Assembly: GCA_963768105.1 (NCBI GenBank) | Contig: CAVYGR010000008.1 | Span: 163,569-227,568 of the forward strand | Length of the DNA: 64,000 nucleotides | Origin: Candidatus Dormiibacterota bacterium | GTDB lineage: Bacteria; Chloroflexota; Dormibacteria; Aeolococcales; Aeolococcaceae | Direction: 5' to 3' | Shown: in pieces, positions 10,700 through 19,619 of the stretch | Layout of the letters: each line of letters opens with the position of its first letter | Numbering within the stretch: position 1 is the first letter of the stretch | Translations under genes and position numbers: made by a program | The notes under the pieces: generated by a model | The model's input: the letters and a program-made list of their open reading frames with translations, nothing else | The model's database searches: none | Told to the model about the DNA's origin: nothing

Positions 10700-10768
10700 A
10701 CGCACAACAGCAAAGGCGCCGACGGTCGGGTATCAAGCTACCGGCGGTGCACTTAGACGGAGGATTCC

Positions 10769-10801
10769 ATGGCTAATTGGGGCGACGTAGACACCTGGTA
10801 G
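10769..10801 (+). CDS. Micro-ORF, 10 aa MANWGDVDTW
   Basis: GGAGG (10759-10763) + 5 nt + ATG GCT AAT TGG GGC GAC GTA GAC ACC TGG TAG; hairpin follows at 10811-10835. Confidence 0.6.
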   Translation: MANWGDVDTW

Positions 10802-10928
10802 GTAGTCTTGCCCGGGCTTCACTGTAGAGCCCAGGTGTGACGATTCTTTGGATGATCTCGTGACGACCCGATAGCGGGTCTATCGCGTCATTGTCACGGA
10901 GAGGGATTTCGGGCTGGAGGGCAGCCGG

Positions 10929-12227
10929 GTGCGCGTTGGCGCATTCGGCCCCACGGCTGCGTTTCTGCGCGTACGCTTGCATACGCACGTCAACTGTCCT
11001 GGAGGATCGAGGCTGAGATCCTTGGCGAACGCGCCGTCGGCCCGCCGAACCCCCACCCTGACGGTCAGTCCGGCGGCGCGATTGCTGATCGCTGCGGGAA
11101 CGTCCTTCTATGGGGACTGGCTGACCACGGTTGCGCTGGTCGTTCTGCTGTTTCGACTCACGCACTCGCCGGTCGGGCCCGCCCTGTACATGCTGGCTCG
11201 TGTGGCACCCAAGGTCGTCGGTCCCTTCCCCGGCGGTGCGCTTGCCGATCGATTCGGCCCCGCTCGGATCGCCACGCTCTGCGGCATCGGCCAGGGTGTG
11301 CTCACCGCAGCGATCGTGCTCTTCGCGGAGCAGGGAGCCGTGTGGCCCATATACGGGGCGGTCGCCCTGTCGCAGTTCCTGGGCTCGGCCGCGCAGCCGT
11401 GCTACGGGGCGCTCATCCCGCGGGTGACGACGCCGGAGCGTCTCGGTCGGATCCAGGGCAGCTACTCAGCGCTGTCCAGCTCCAGCGTCATGATCTCCCC
11501 CGCCGCCGGCGCTCTCGTGCTGCCCTTTGTGAGCCCCGAGGCGCTGATCATCGTCGACGCGGCGACGTTTGTCGTGGCGGCCGGATTCGTCGCCACGCTG
11601 GCCGGCGTGGGGCGAGAGCCCGGGGCCGCGCTCTCGCTGCGCGGCATGGCCGCCGGCGTGCCCGTCGTTGTGCACGACCCGATGCTGCGCTTCCTCGTTG
11701 CCGCGTACTTTTCCAACGGCGCCGCGGTCACAACCCTGCAAGCGGTGCTGGTCGTCGCGGCAGCCCAGCGGTACGGCAACGACGCGATGGTGGGTTGGCT
11801 CTACGCATCCGTGGGTGCGGGCGCGCTGCTGGGCACACTCCCTGTGATTCGAAGAACGCCCGCGCTGGTCGGGATCAAGCCCATCGTGGCCGCCAGCGCC
11901 CTCGAACTCATGCCGCTTGCGATCTTTGTTTTCGTGACCGCGCTGCCGCTCGCCATGCTCGCCCTCTTCGCCAGCGCGCTGGGCGCCACGTTGTATCAGA
12001 CGAGGGGTGCGGTGGGGCTCCAGCAGCGCGTCCCTCGGGAACTCCTGGGCCGGACCACCGCGGTCGTGAGATTCGCGCTCAACACCGGCATGTTGCTCGG
12101 GGCGATTGCGGCGGTCTCCCTGGTGCAGCCACTCGGCTGGCAACCGACCGTGCTCATCGTTTGCGCGGCGGGGGCGACCCTGCTGTTCTTCACCGGGGTC
12201 AGCGAGGGCAGGCCGGCGTCGAGCTAG
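10929..12227 (+). CDS. MFS transporter (DHA3/macrolide-exporter-like), paralog 1
   Basis: GTSFYGDWL, GGALADRFG motif A, LQQRVPRELLGR; GGAGG at 10916-10920 before GTG. Confidence 0.9.
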   Translation: MRVGAFGPTAAFLRVRLHTHVNCPGGSRLRSLANAPSARRTPTLTVSPAARLLIAAGTSFYGDWLTTVALVVLLFRLTHSPVGPALYMLARVAPKVVGPFPGGALADRFGPARIATLCGIGQGVLTAAIVLFAEQGAVWPIYGAVALSQFLGSAAQPCYGALIPRVTTPERLGRIQGSYSALSSSSVMISPAAGALVLPFVSPEALIIVDAATFVVAAGFVATLAGVGREPGAALSLRGMAAGVPVVVHDPMLRFLVAAYFSNGAAVTTLQAVLVVAAAQRYGNDAMVGWLYASVGAGALLGTLPVIRRTPALVGIKPIVAASALELMPLAIFVFVTALPLAMLALFASALGATLYQTRGAVGLQQRVPRELLGRTTAVVRFALNTGMLLGAIAAVSLVQPLGWQPTVLIVCAAGATLLFFTGVSEGRPASS

Positions 12228-12412
12228 TTCGCCCTGGGACAGGCGCGAAGCCGCGTGCACTTTCGCAAAGAGTTATCAAGTCTCGAACAACTCGAGTAAA
12301 CCTGGCAGCAGCACGTCGAACGCCGCGCCGCCCCACCCCCCATCATCCGCGAGCCAGTCTCGGCAGACGTGTGTCGAGGCTACCTGGTGCCGGCGGAACC
12401 ATGGAGGGCTAA

Positions 12413-12442
12413 ATGGCGGAGTGCGGAACCGGCTGGGCCTGA
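12413..12442 (+). CDS. Micro-ORF, 9 aa MAECGTGWA
   Basis: GGAGG (12403-12407) + 5 nt + ATG GCG GAG TGC GGA ACC GGC TGG GCC TGA; hairpins follow. Confidence 0.55.
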   Translation: MAECGTGWA

Positions 12443-12456
12443 TCCCAGCCCGCTAG

Positions 12457-12480
12457 AGCCCCACGCAAGACGCGGGGTTT
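12457..12480 (+). terminator. Terminator-like hairpin after micro-ORF 2
   Basis: AGCCCC-acgcaagacgc-GGGGTT followed by a short T-rich tail. Confidence 0.4.
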
Positions 12481-12557
12481 GTGAATCCGTTGGTGCGACG
12501 TCGTGGGAAGAGCTGCCCGCGACGTCGCGCTCGTTTCCTCCCCGCAACGGAGTACAC

Positions 12558-13903
12558 ATGCCGATCGATACCGCGCGCTTCACCCCGCGGAGCGACCACC
12601 ACGGCCACAGGCCGATCGGTCGGCGCGCCTGCTGCTGGCCGCCGGGGTCTCGACCTACGGCGACTGGCTCACCGTCGTCGCCCTCGCCGTCCTCCTGTTC
12701 CGCCTGACCCATCAACCCGAGGCGCCGGCGCTCTACATCCTCGTCAAGGTCGCGCCCCGGGTCTTCGGCCCCACCCCGGGCGGATTTCTCGCGGACCGCT
12801 TCGGTCCCGCCCGGGTCGCCGGATGGTGCGCGCTCGCGCAGGCGGCGCTCACCGCGGCCATCGTGGTCTGCGCCGCCAGCGGAACCGTGTGGGCGATCCT
12901 CGCCGCCGTCGCCGCCGCCCAGTTCCTTGGGTCGATGGCGCAGCCGGGGTGCGCGGCGTGCATCCCTCGAGTGACGCGCCCCGACCGGCTCCTGCGGGTC
13001 AACGCCATCTACAGCGGGCTCTTCGAGTCGAGCGTCCTGGTTGCGCCCGCCGCCGGCGCGCTGCTGCTGACCTGGGTGCGGCCCGAGGTCCTGGTCGCGG
13101 CTGACGCGGGGTCGTTCGCGCTGGCCGGGCTGTTGATGCTGTCCCTGCGGGCGGTCGCGCGGCCGGCGAGCCTCTCCCCTGCGGGCCGACATGCCTCCGC
13201 GCTCCGCGTCGTGGTCCGCGACCCGGTGCTCCGCTCCCTCGCCGCCTCCTTCTTCTGCAGCGCCGCGGTGATCACCGCGCTCCAGGCGGTGTTGGTGGTC
13301 GCGGCCGCGGAGCGCTTCGGCCACGACACCGCCGTGGGATGGCTGTACGCCGCGGTCGGCGCGGGCGGTGTCGCCGGGAGCGTGGTGCTGCTGCGCTGGC
13401 GGCCGCCGCCGATCGGCGCGCTGGGCATCTCGATCGGGTTTCTCCTCGAGGTCGTCCCGCTCGGGCTCTTTGCCCTGGTCGGCGGGCTGATCCCGGCGCT
13501 GGCGCTGCTCGCCGTCAGCACCGCCGCGGCAGCGCTGTATCAGACCCGCGGCCAGACGGCCCTGCAGGAGCGCGTTCCCGCCGAGATCCTCGGCCGGGTC
13601 AACGGCCTGATCCGCTTGCTGCTGTACGCAGGCATGCTCGCCGGCGCCGGCGCCGCGGTCGCGCTCGTCGACGTCGTGGGGTGGAGCACCCTGGTGATCG
13701 CGACCGCCGTGCTCGCCGCCGCGGTCTACCTGGTCACCGCGCTCGTCTTCGACCTGGCCCGAGGCGCCCCGGCGAGGTCACCCTCACCGGGACGCCCGGG
13801 GTGCGGATCTCGGATCAGACCGCGACGGCCTCGCGAACCTCCTTCTCGATGGGCAGGCCCACCGAGTTTCCCCACTCGCTCCACGAACCGTCGTAGTTGC
13901 TGA
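12558..13903 (+). CDS. MFS transporter, paralog 2 (probable ATG 12558 with early frameshift; true end probably near 13800)
   Basis: GVSTYGDWLTVVAL, GGFLADRFG, LQERVPAEILGRV; colinear with 10929..12227; GGAG RBS at 12549. Confidence 0.88.
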
Positions 13904-14682
13904 CGCGGGGGAAGCCGAGCAGGTAGGTCAGCACGAACCAGGTGTGCGACGAGCGCTCGCCGATCCGGCAGTACGTGATCACGGATTGGTCGTCGGTCAC
14001 GCCCTGCGCCGCGTAGAGATCGCGAAGCGCGTCGGCGGGCTTGAAGGTGTCGTCGTCCTGGATCGCCTGCGCCCACGGAATGTTGGCCGCGCCGGGAATG
14101 TGGCCGCTGCGCTGCGCGCCCTCGTTGGGGTACTCGGGCGGCGCGGAGATCTCGCCCTTGAACTCTGCGGGCGAGCGCACGTCGACGAGCGCCCGGCCCG
14201 CGGCGCCGAGGGCCTTCTCGACGTCGCCGCGGAAGCTGCGGATCGAGGTGTCGGCGTCAGACGCGGTGTAGGTGCTCGGTGTGAAGGACGGCGCCCCTCG
14301 GTGACCTCGCGTCCCTCGTCGATCCACTTGCGCCGGCCGCCGTTGAGCAGACGGATGTCGGGGTGCCCGTAGATCCGGAACGTCCAGAACGCGAACGCCG
14401 CGAACCAGTTGCGGAAGTCGCCATAGAGCACGAGGGTCGTGTCCCTGGTCGCGCCGACCCGCGAGAGGAGCTGCTCGAACTGCTCCTTCGACAGGATGTC
14501 GCGACGCACCGGGTCGTTGATGTCGCGCTTCCAGTCGACCAGCTCCGCGCCGGGGATGTGCCCCAGCTCGTACGCGGCCGACGGGTCGTAGTCGACTCGA
14601 GGATCCGGACCTGCGGGTCGGTGAGGTGCTCGGCCAGCCAGTCGGTGGTGACCAGGACCTCTGGATGTGCGTATTCGGTCAT
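13815..14682 (-). CDS. Two-domain rhodanese thiosulfate sulfurtransferase (CysA-like; frameshifts ~14597 and ~14295)
   Basis: [28 protein letters not shown], active site [19 protein letters not shown]. Confidence 0.92.
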
Positions 14683-14781
14683 GACAAGAGCTCCTGTTGT
14701 GTGGTGCTATTAGTGCGGCGGGGGCCGCGCGGTTGTGCAATCACGGACGACGGCGCGGCGACGATCGCGCGCCGGGGACGG

Positions 14782-14868
14782 TCAGGCCGAGGTCGTACAG
14801 GTCGCCCTGCCGGACCGCAACCGTCCCCAGTCGAGCCAGCGCCGGCGGGTCAACAGCGTCCCATCCAT
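14782..14868 (-). CDS. Putative Cys-containing leader peptide MDGTLLTRRRWLDWGRLRSGRATCTTSA
   Basis: 28-codon ORF 10 nt downstream of a -10 box, upstream of a sulfurtransferase; resembles actinobacterial LxxRRxxDxxRxxSxxC leader peptides. Confidence 0.6.
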   Translation of the reverse strand: MDGTLLTRRRWLDWGRLRSGRATCTTSA

Positions 14869-14877
14869 ATGGGATCG

Positions 14878-14911
14878 ATGGTAGGTAATCCCGACCTCGG
14901 TAGTCAAGTTT
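14878..14911 (-). promoter_or_regulatory. Sigma70-type promoter (TTGACT-N18-TACCAT) overlapped by an Rrf2/IscR-type operator
   Basis: Minus strand AAACTTGACTACCGAGGTCGGGATT (14887-14911), an imperfect 25-bp palindrome with GAC-N7-GTC core. Confidence 0.65.
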
Positions 14912-14939
14912 CTGCGAAGCCCGGTAACGGGTCGGCGCG

Positions 14940-15647
14940 CTACCCGGCGGCCGAGATGCTGAGCCTCCGAGCCAGCAGGTAGGCGCGCGTGGTCTGCACC
15001 TCGACATCCGGGTACGGAACGCGCACGAGACGCGCCTCGACGCCGAAGCCCGACGCGGTGACCTCCGCCTCCAGGCGTGCGGCGTCGAAGAAGCGAAAGT
15101 CCATGTCCACGCTCACGCCGAGCATGTCGTCGGCATGGACCGTCGCGTCGCCGTGCTCGCCGAGATGCACGGCGACCAGGAGCAATCCGCCGGCAACCAG
15201 GACCCGATGGAACTCCCCGAGCGCCGCGCGGACGTCGGCGTCTGCGGTGAGGTGGATGATCGAGTAGAAGGCGACGATCCCGTTGAACCGGCCGTCGGGT
15301 CCGCCGAGGTCCGTCATCGTGCCGACCTCGAAGGTCATGTCCGGGTGCAGGGCCCTGCCGCGGTCCACCATCGCCGGCGACAGGTCGATGCCGGTGACCG
15401 CGAGGCCCAGCTGCGCCAGGAACGCGCCGACGTGGCCTGGACCCGAGCCGATATCGGCCACCGCGGCGTGCGTCCCGCTCTCCGCCTGCAGCTGCTCGGC
15501 GAACGCGGTCAGCAGCGCGCAGTCGAGCGGTTTGTGCGGCAACTCGTCGTGCACGCGCTCGACGTAGGCGTCGGCGACGGCGTCATAGCTGGCGCGTACG
15601 CGCTCCAGATCCTGCGGCGCGCGGTCGCCACCACTCGGTTCGTTCAT
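14940..15647 (-). CDS. Class I SAM-dependent methyltransferase
   Basis: VRASYDAVA, VADIGSGPG, GIDLSPAMV, FYSIIH. Confidence 0.88.
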   Translation of the reverse strand: MNEPSGGDRAPQDLERVRASYDAVADAYVERVHDELPHKPLDCALLTAFAEQLQAESGTHAAVADIGSGPGHVGAFLAQLGLAVTGIDLSPAMVDRGRALHPDMTFEVGTMTDLGGPDGRFNGIVAFYSIIHLTADADVRAALGEFHRVLVAGGLLLVAVHLGEHGDATVHADDMLGVSVDMDFRFFDAARLEAEVTASGFGVEARLVRVPYPDVEVQTTRAYLLARRLSISAAG

Positions 15648-15694
15648 CGGGGTGCACCGGCCCGACACAGACCGCCTGCTAAATTCGCCATGCC

Positions 15695-16069
15695 ATGCAG
15701 CCTAGGACTGTTCTCCCCGTCGCCGCCGCCGACGCCGCGTGCCTGGCGGTCTTCGTGCTGCTCGGGCGCGAAAGTCACGACCTCACCACCGGGCTCCTCT
15801 GGTATCTCACCGTGCTCTGGCCGTTCCTGCTCGGTTGGTTCGCGGCGGCCGCCGCCCTTCGCCTCTACGGGTCGTGGCCGAACCGCCCGATCGCGCTCGC
15901 GGCCACCTGGGTCGCGGGCCTCGCGATCGCGCTGATGCTGCGAGCGGCGATCACGCAGCGCGCCACGCCGCTCGCGTTCATCATCGTGGCGTACGCGTTC
16001 ATCGCGCTGCTCGTCTTCGGCTGGAGGCTCGCGCTCCGGAGTGTGCAACTCCTGCGCCACCGAGCCTGA
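15695..16069 (+). CDS. DUF3054-like membrane protein
   Basis: DAACLAVFVLLGRESH, WPFLLGW, four hydrophobic helices. Confidence 0.75.
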   Translation: MQPRTVLPVAAADAACLAVFVLLGRESHDLTTGLLWYLTVLWPFLLGWFAAAAALRLYGSWPNRPIALAATWVAGLAIALMLRAAITQRATPLAFIIVAYAFIALLVFGWRLALRSVQLLRHRA

Positions 16070-16071
16070 GC

Positions 16072-16236
16072 ATGGCCGGGGTCATCCTGCTGATCGTGCT
16101 CGCCTTTGGGATCGGCGCCCTGCTCTGGTGGGCTTCGGCACTGCCGCCGACCCGCCCCCGCCCTGACAGCCGCTATCGCGGCCGGACCTTCATGTCGGTG
16201 CACCGCAGGATCAGGCGCAACAAGCCTCGCCGCTGA
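16072..16236 (+). CDS. Small single-TM hypothetical protein (54 aa)
   Basis: MAGVILLIVLAFGIGALLWWA then a basic tail; starts 3 nt after the upstream stop. Confidence 0.5.
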   Translation: MAGVILLIVLAFGIGALLWWASALPPTRPRPDSRYRGRTFMSVHRRIRRNKPRR

Positions 16237-16315
16237 GCGCTAGGCACGAAGCCGGGTATGTGCATTACGCGCGCGAAGGAGGGGCCGCGAGTGGTCCTCG
16301 CGACCCCTCGATGAT

Positions 16316-17710
16316 TCAGTCGCTCGGTATGCCGCTCGCCGGCGGCGTTGACGCCGCCCCGGAGTAGGTGGTGATCGGACCCGTCGCAGTGTCGTCGGTT
16401 ATCTGAACTGGGCCGAGCGGCGTGTCGCCACCGGTCGCGGTGATCTGCACGACCTGCACCCCGGTGAATCCTAGGTGGTTGCTCGACGAGTACCCGTACG
16501 GAGTCAATCCCGGCCCGTCCGTCCAGTGACTGTTCTGGATCGCGCTGACGAGGCTCGCTCGGGTCGGGTTCTGGCCCGCAGCCTTGAGCGCCTGCACGAA
16601 CGTGTAGGCCTCCGCCATGCCATAGGCAACGTTGCCATCCCACGGCAGGCTGGGCGCGTATGTGTTCTTGATCCCCTGGAACAGCGAGATCCACGGATTG
16701 GCGGTATCGCTCTCCGAGGGGTAGTAGATGTCACTGATCGTGCCGGTGACCAGCGCCGCGGGAAGCGTGACGCCGAGCGCTCCGCTGGTGAGGATCGATG
16801 CCAGGGTCGGCGGATCGGCGCCGACGTTGCTGACGACGAACTGCACCTTGTAGTTCAGCTTGGCGGCGCTCGCCTCGGCCACAGCGGTGAACGTCGGGAT
16901 CGAGAAGCTCACGATCACCTGCACGCCGGCCGCCTTCAGCTTCGCGATCGCCGTTCCGACCGCCATCGCGCCGGCGGCGGTCGGCGTGTAGTACTGCGGT
17001 GTGGTCACCAGGTTGACGGCGCCGCCCTGGAGCGTGTCGGTGGCGCCCACTACGCCGTCCGTGCCGAACTCGTCGTTGGGTCCCTGCGCGAAGAACCCGA
17101 CCTTCTGTCCGGCGAAGTGCTGGGCCACGTACTGCCCGAGGATCTTTCCCTCGATGGTGTAGTCAGGTTGCCAGCCGAACGTCTCCGGGTACTGGGCGAC
17201 GTTGTTCCAGCAGTTGCATCCCGACGCCACGAACAGGTCGGGGATCTTCTCGGTATTGAGGTAGGAGACCACCGACAGGTGGGTCGGCGTGCCCAGCGCT
17301 TGGTAGATCGCGAACACGTTGTCCTGGAGCACGAGCTTCCGTGTCTGCGTCGCCGTGATGGTGGGGTTGTAGCCGTCGTCCAGGTATGTGTATTTGATGC
17401 TGCGACCGAAGACGCCGCCATGCGCGTTCACGTACTTGAAGTACGCGTTGGATGCCGGCGCGATCTCCGAGTACCCAGGCGCCGCGGGGCCGGTGAGCGG
17501 CTGCGTGCTGCCGATCGACACCGACGTCGCGGTGACCCCCGGCGCCGACGCCTGATTGCCCGATCCCGTTGACCCTCCGCTCCCGCACGCGGCGGTCACC
17601 ACCGCAATCCCCATCCCGGCGGTGGCCATCGCCCAGGTTCTCGATCTGCCGATCTCTGATCGCATGCCTGTGCTCCTTGTGTGTGCCGGCGTCGCTGCTG
17701 CCGCATTCAT
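16316..17710 (-). CDS. Branched-chain amino acid ABC substrate-binding lipoprotein
   Basis: Lipobox TAAC, PLTGPAA, VNAHGGVFGR, DDGYNP. Confidence 0.9.
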   Translation of the reverse strand: MNAAAATPAHTRSTGMRSEIGRSRTWAMATAGMGIAVVTAACGSGGSTGSGNQASAPGVTATSVSIGSTQPLTGPAAPGYSEIAPASNAYFKYVNAHGGVFGRSIKYTYLDDGYNPTITATQTRKLVLQDNVFAIYQALGTPTHLSVVSYLNTEKIPDLFVASGCNCWNNVAQYPETFGWQPDYTIEGKILGQYVAQHFAGQKVGFFAQGPNDEFGTDGVVGATDTLQGGAVNLVTTPQYYTPTAAGAMAVGTAIAKLKAAGVQVIVSFSIPTFTAVAEASAAKLNYKVQFVVSNVGADPPTLASILTSGALGVTLPAALVTGTISDIYYPSESDTANPWISLFQGIKNTYAPSLPWDGNVAYGMAEAYTFVQALKAAGQNPTRASLVSAIQNSHWTDGPGLTPYGYSSSNHLGFTGVQVVQITATGGDTPLGPVQITDDTATGPITTYSGAASTPPASGIPSD

Positions 17711-18744
17711 GGCAAAGGCGCTGCGGGCAGGGTACTCGTCTTGCGCCGGGAACGAACCATCCGGACGAGAGCCTCCCGGAGGGTGGCAAGCCCTCCGGCG
17801 ATGCCGACTGGGAACATCAGGATCGCGACGATGAGGACGATCCCATAGATCGCGAGCGGCACGTTGTTGGCGACGTTGGGCGGCACGTTGAGGCTGGTCA
17901 ACCCGCCCGTCCAGACCGGGACGTACACGAGGATGAATGCGCCGACCACCGCGCCGAACAGGCTGCCGAGACCGCCGATGACGATCGCGGTGAGCAGCGA
18001 CAGCGACAGGTTGAGCGTGAAGCCGGTCGGCGAGGTGATGCTCACCCAGTAGGCGAAGAGCGACCCTGCCAGGCCCGCGCAGACCGCGCTGATCACGAAC
18101 GCGAGCACCTGGGTGCGCGCTACGTCAACTCCCGCGAGCCGCGCCGCCACCTCGTTGTCCCGGACCATGCGCAGCCTCCGTCCCGTGTGACCGCGAACGA
18201 TGTTGGCGAGCAGGAAGAACGTGATCACGCCGGCGGCGACACAGACCCAGGCGAACCACAGCTCCGGCGAGAATCCGGCGCCGAGCGCGTCGGGAGGCGT
18301 CGCCGGAGGGACGCCGATGCCCTGGTTGCCGCCGAATAGGCTCGCGAAATGGGTGGGCACCTGGGGCAGCGCCACCGCGAGCGCCAGCGTCGCGCCCGCG
18401 AGGTACGGACCCCGAAGCCGAGCCCCGGCGAGACCGACGATCGCCCCGGCGACGCCGGTGCTCACGATCGAGGCGAGCAGCATCAGGATCAGCGGCAACC
18501 CGGGATGCCACTGGAGCAGGACCGATGTCGTGTAGGCGCCGATCATCATCAGCGCGCCATGGCCGAGCGATATCTGGCCGTTGGTCCCCGTGAGCACGGT
18601 CAGGCCCGCCGCGGAGATGGCGTAGATCGCGATCCCGGCGACGTTGTAGTTGGTGTACGAATCGAAGACCAACCCGGTCAGGGCGAAGAGCACCGCGGCG
18701 CAGCCGAGGAAGAACAGCCCGTGGCGTACCAGCGTCGACCTCAT
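17707..18744 (-). CDS. livM: Branched-chain amino acid ABC permease
   Basis: GQISLGHGALMMIGAY, RLRGPYLAGATL, GGLGSLFG. Confidence 0.9.
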   Translation of the reverse strand: MRSTLVRHGLFFLGCAAVLFALTGLVFDSYTNYNVAGIAIYAISAAGLTVLTGTNGQISLGHGALMMIGAYTTSVLLQWHPGLPLILMLLASIVSTGVAGAIVGLAGARLRGPYLAGATLALAVALPQVPTHFASLFGGNQGIGVPPATPPDALGAGFSPELWFAWVCVAAGVITFFLLANIVRGHTGRRLRMVRDNEVAARLAGVDVARTQVLAFVISAVCAGLAGSLFAYWVSITSPTGFTLNLSLSLLTAIVIGGLGSLFGAVVGAFILVYVPVWTGGLTSLNVPPNVANNVPLAIYGIVLIVAILMFPVGIAGGLATLREALVRMVRSRRKTSTLPAAPLP

Positions 18745-19619
18745 ACCTGCCGCTCCCGCCCGAAGCTCAGCAGCCCCTGCGGACGCACCATCAACACCGC
18801 GATGAGAATCACGAGGCTGCCCAGGGGAGCGAGGTCGGATCCGATGTACCCGCTGACGTAGCTGAGCGCCAGACCCACAGCGAGCGCACCGATCACCGCG
18901 CCGACCGGGTTGTCGAGGCCGCCGATGATCGCTCCGGTGAAACCGAAGACGAGTATCTCGTCCATGTTGTTCGGATAGAGGAAGATCGCCGGCGCGGCGA
19001 GCAATCCGGCGAGGGCGCCGAGCATCGCGGCGAATCCCCACCCCAGGGTCAGCATCCTGCCGACGCGGATGCCGAGGATGCGCGCGATCTCCGGATTGAA
19101 GGCGGCCGCGCGCATCCGCAGCCCCAGTGTGGTGCGCTGAAAGACGATGAAGAGCACCAGCATCGCCACCAGCACGGCGCCGACGGTGAACAGGGCGAAG
19201 GGCGAGACATCGAGGTTGGTCGACCCCGCGACGATGTCGATGTTCGAAACTGGAACCGGAAACGACTGCGTCTGGCCGCCGAAGAGCATCGGCGCCACCG
19301 CCTCGAGGACGATGAGCACGCCGAGGGTGAGGATGACCGCGTTGAGCGGTGGTCGCGTCTCCACGGGCCGGACCAGCACGCGCTCGATGAGCGCGCCGAC
19401 GACGAGCCCGGCCGCCAGCGCGATGACGAAAGCACCCCAGTAAGGCACGCCGTGCTGGATCGCGACCAGCGCGAGGTAGGTGGTGAACATCGCCATCGCA
19501 CCCTGCGCATAGTTGACGATGCGGGTGGCACGCCAGATCATCACCAACGCCAGCGCGATGGCCGCGTAGAGCATGCCGTTGACCACGCCGTCGACGGTGT
19601 AGATCACGAACAGGTACAT
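18741..19619 (-). CDS. livH: Branched-chain amino acid ABC permease
   Basis: IVNYAQG, TTLGLRMRAAA, GGLDNPVGA. Confidence 0.9.
   Translation of the reverse strand: MYLFVIYTVDGVVNGMLYAAIALALVMIWRATRIVNYAQGAMAMFTTYLALVAIQHGVPYWGAFVIALAAGLVVGALIERVLVRPVETRPPLNAVILTLGVLIVLEAVAPMLFGGQTQSFPVPVSNIDIVAGSTNLDVSPFALFTVGAVLVAMLVLFIVFQRTTLGLRMRAAAFNPEIARILGIRVGRMLTLGWGFAAMLGALAGLLAAPAIFLYPNNMDEILVFGFTGAIIGGLDNPVGAVIGALAVGLALSYVSGYIGSDLAPLGSLVILIAVLMVRPQGLLSFGRERQV

Noticed and set aside
10700-10765. Possible c-di-GMP-I riboswitch (GCAAA...AAGCTACCGG)
   Set aside because: Lacks the GAAA-capped P2 stem and GACGCAAAGC core; only superficial similarity. An Rfam scan would settle it.
12230-12350. Minus-strand Cys-rich frame (TCCCQVYSSC) between the MFS genes
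   Set aside because: No start codon or RBS found in that frame
10769-12442. Micro-ORFs as RiPP precursors
   Set aside because: No modifying enzyme (radical SAM, P450, YcaO, lanthionine synthetase, prenyltransferase) nearby; kept as a signalling or leader hypothesis instead
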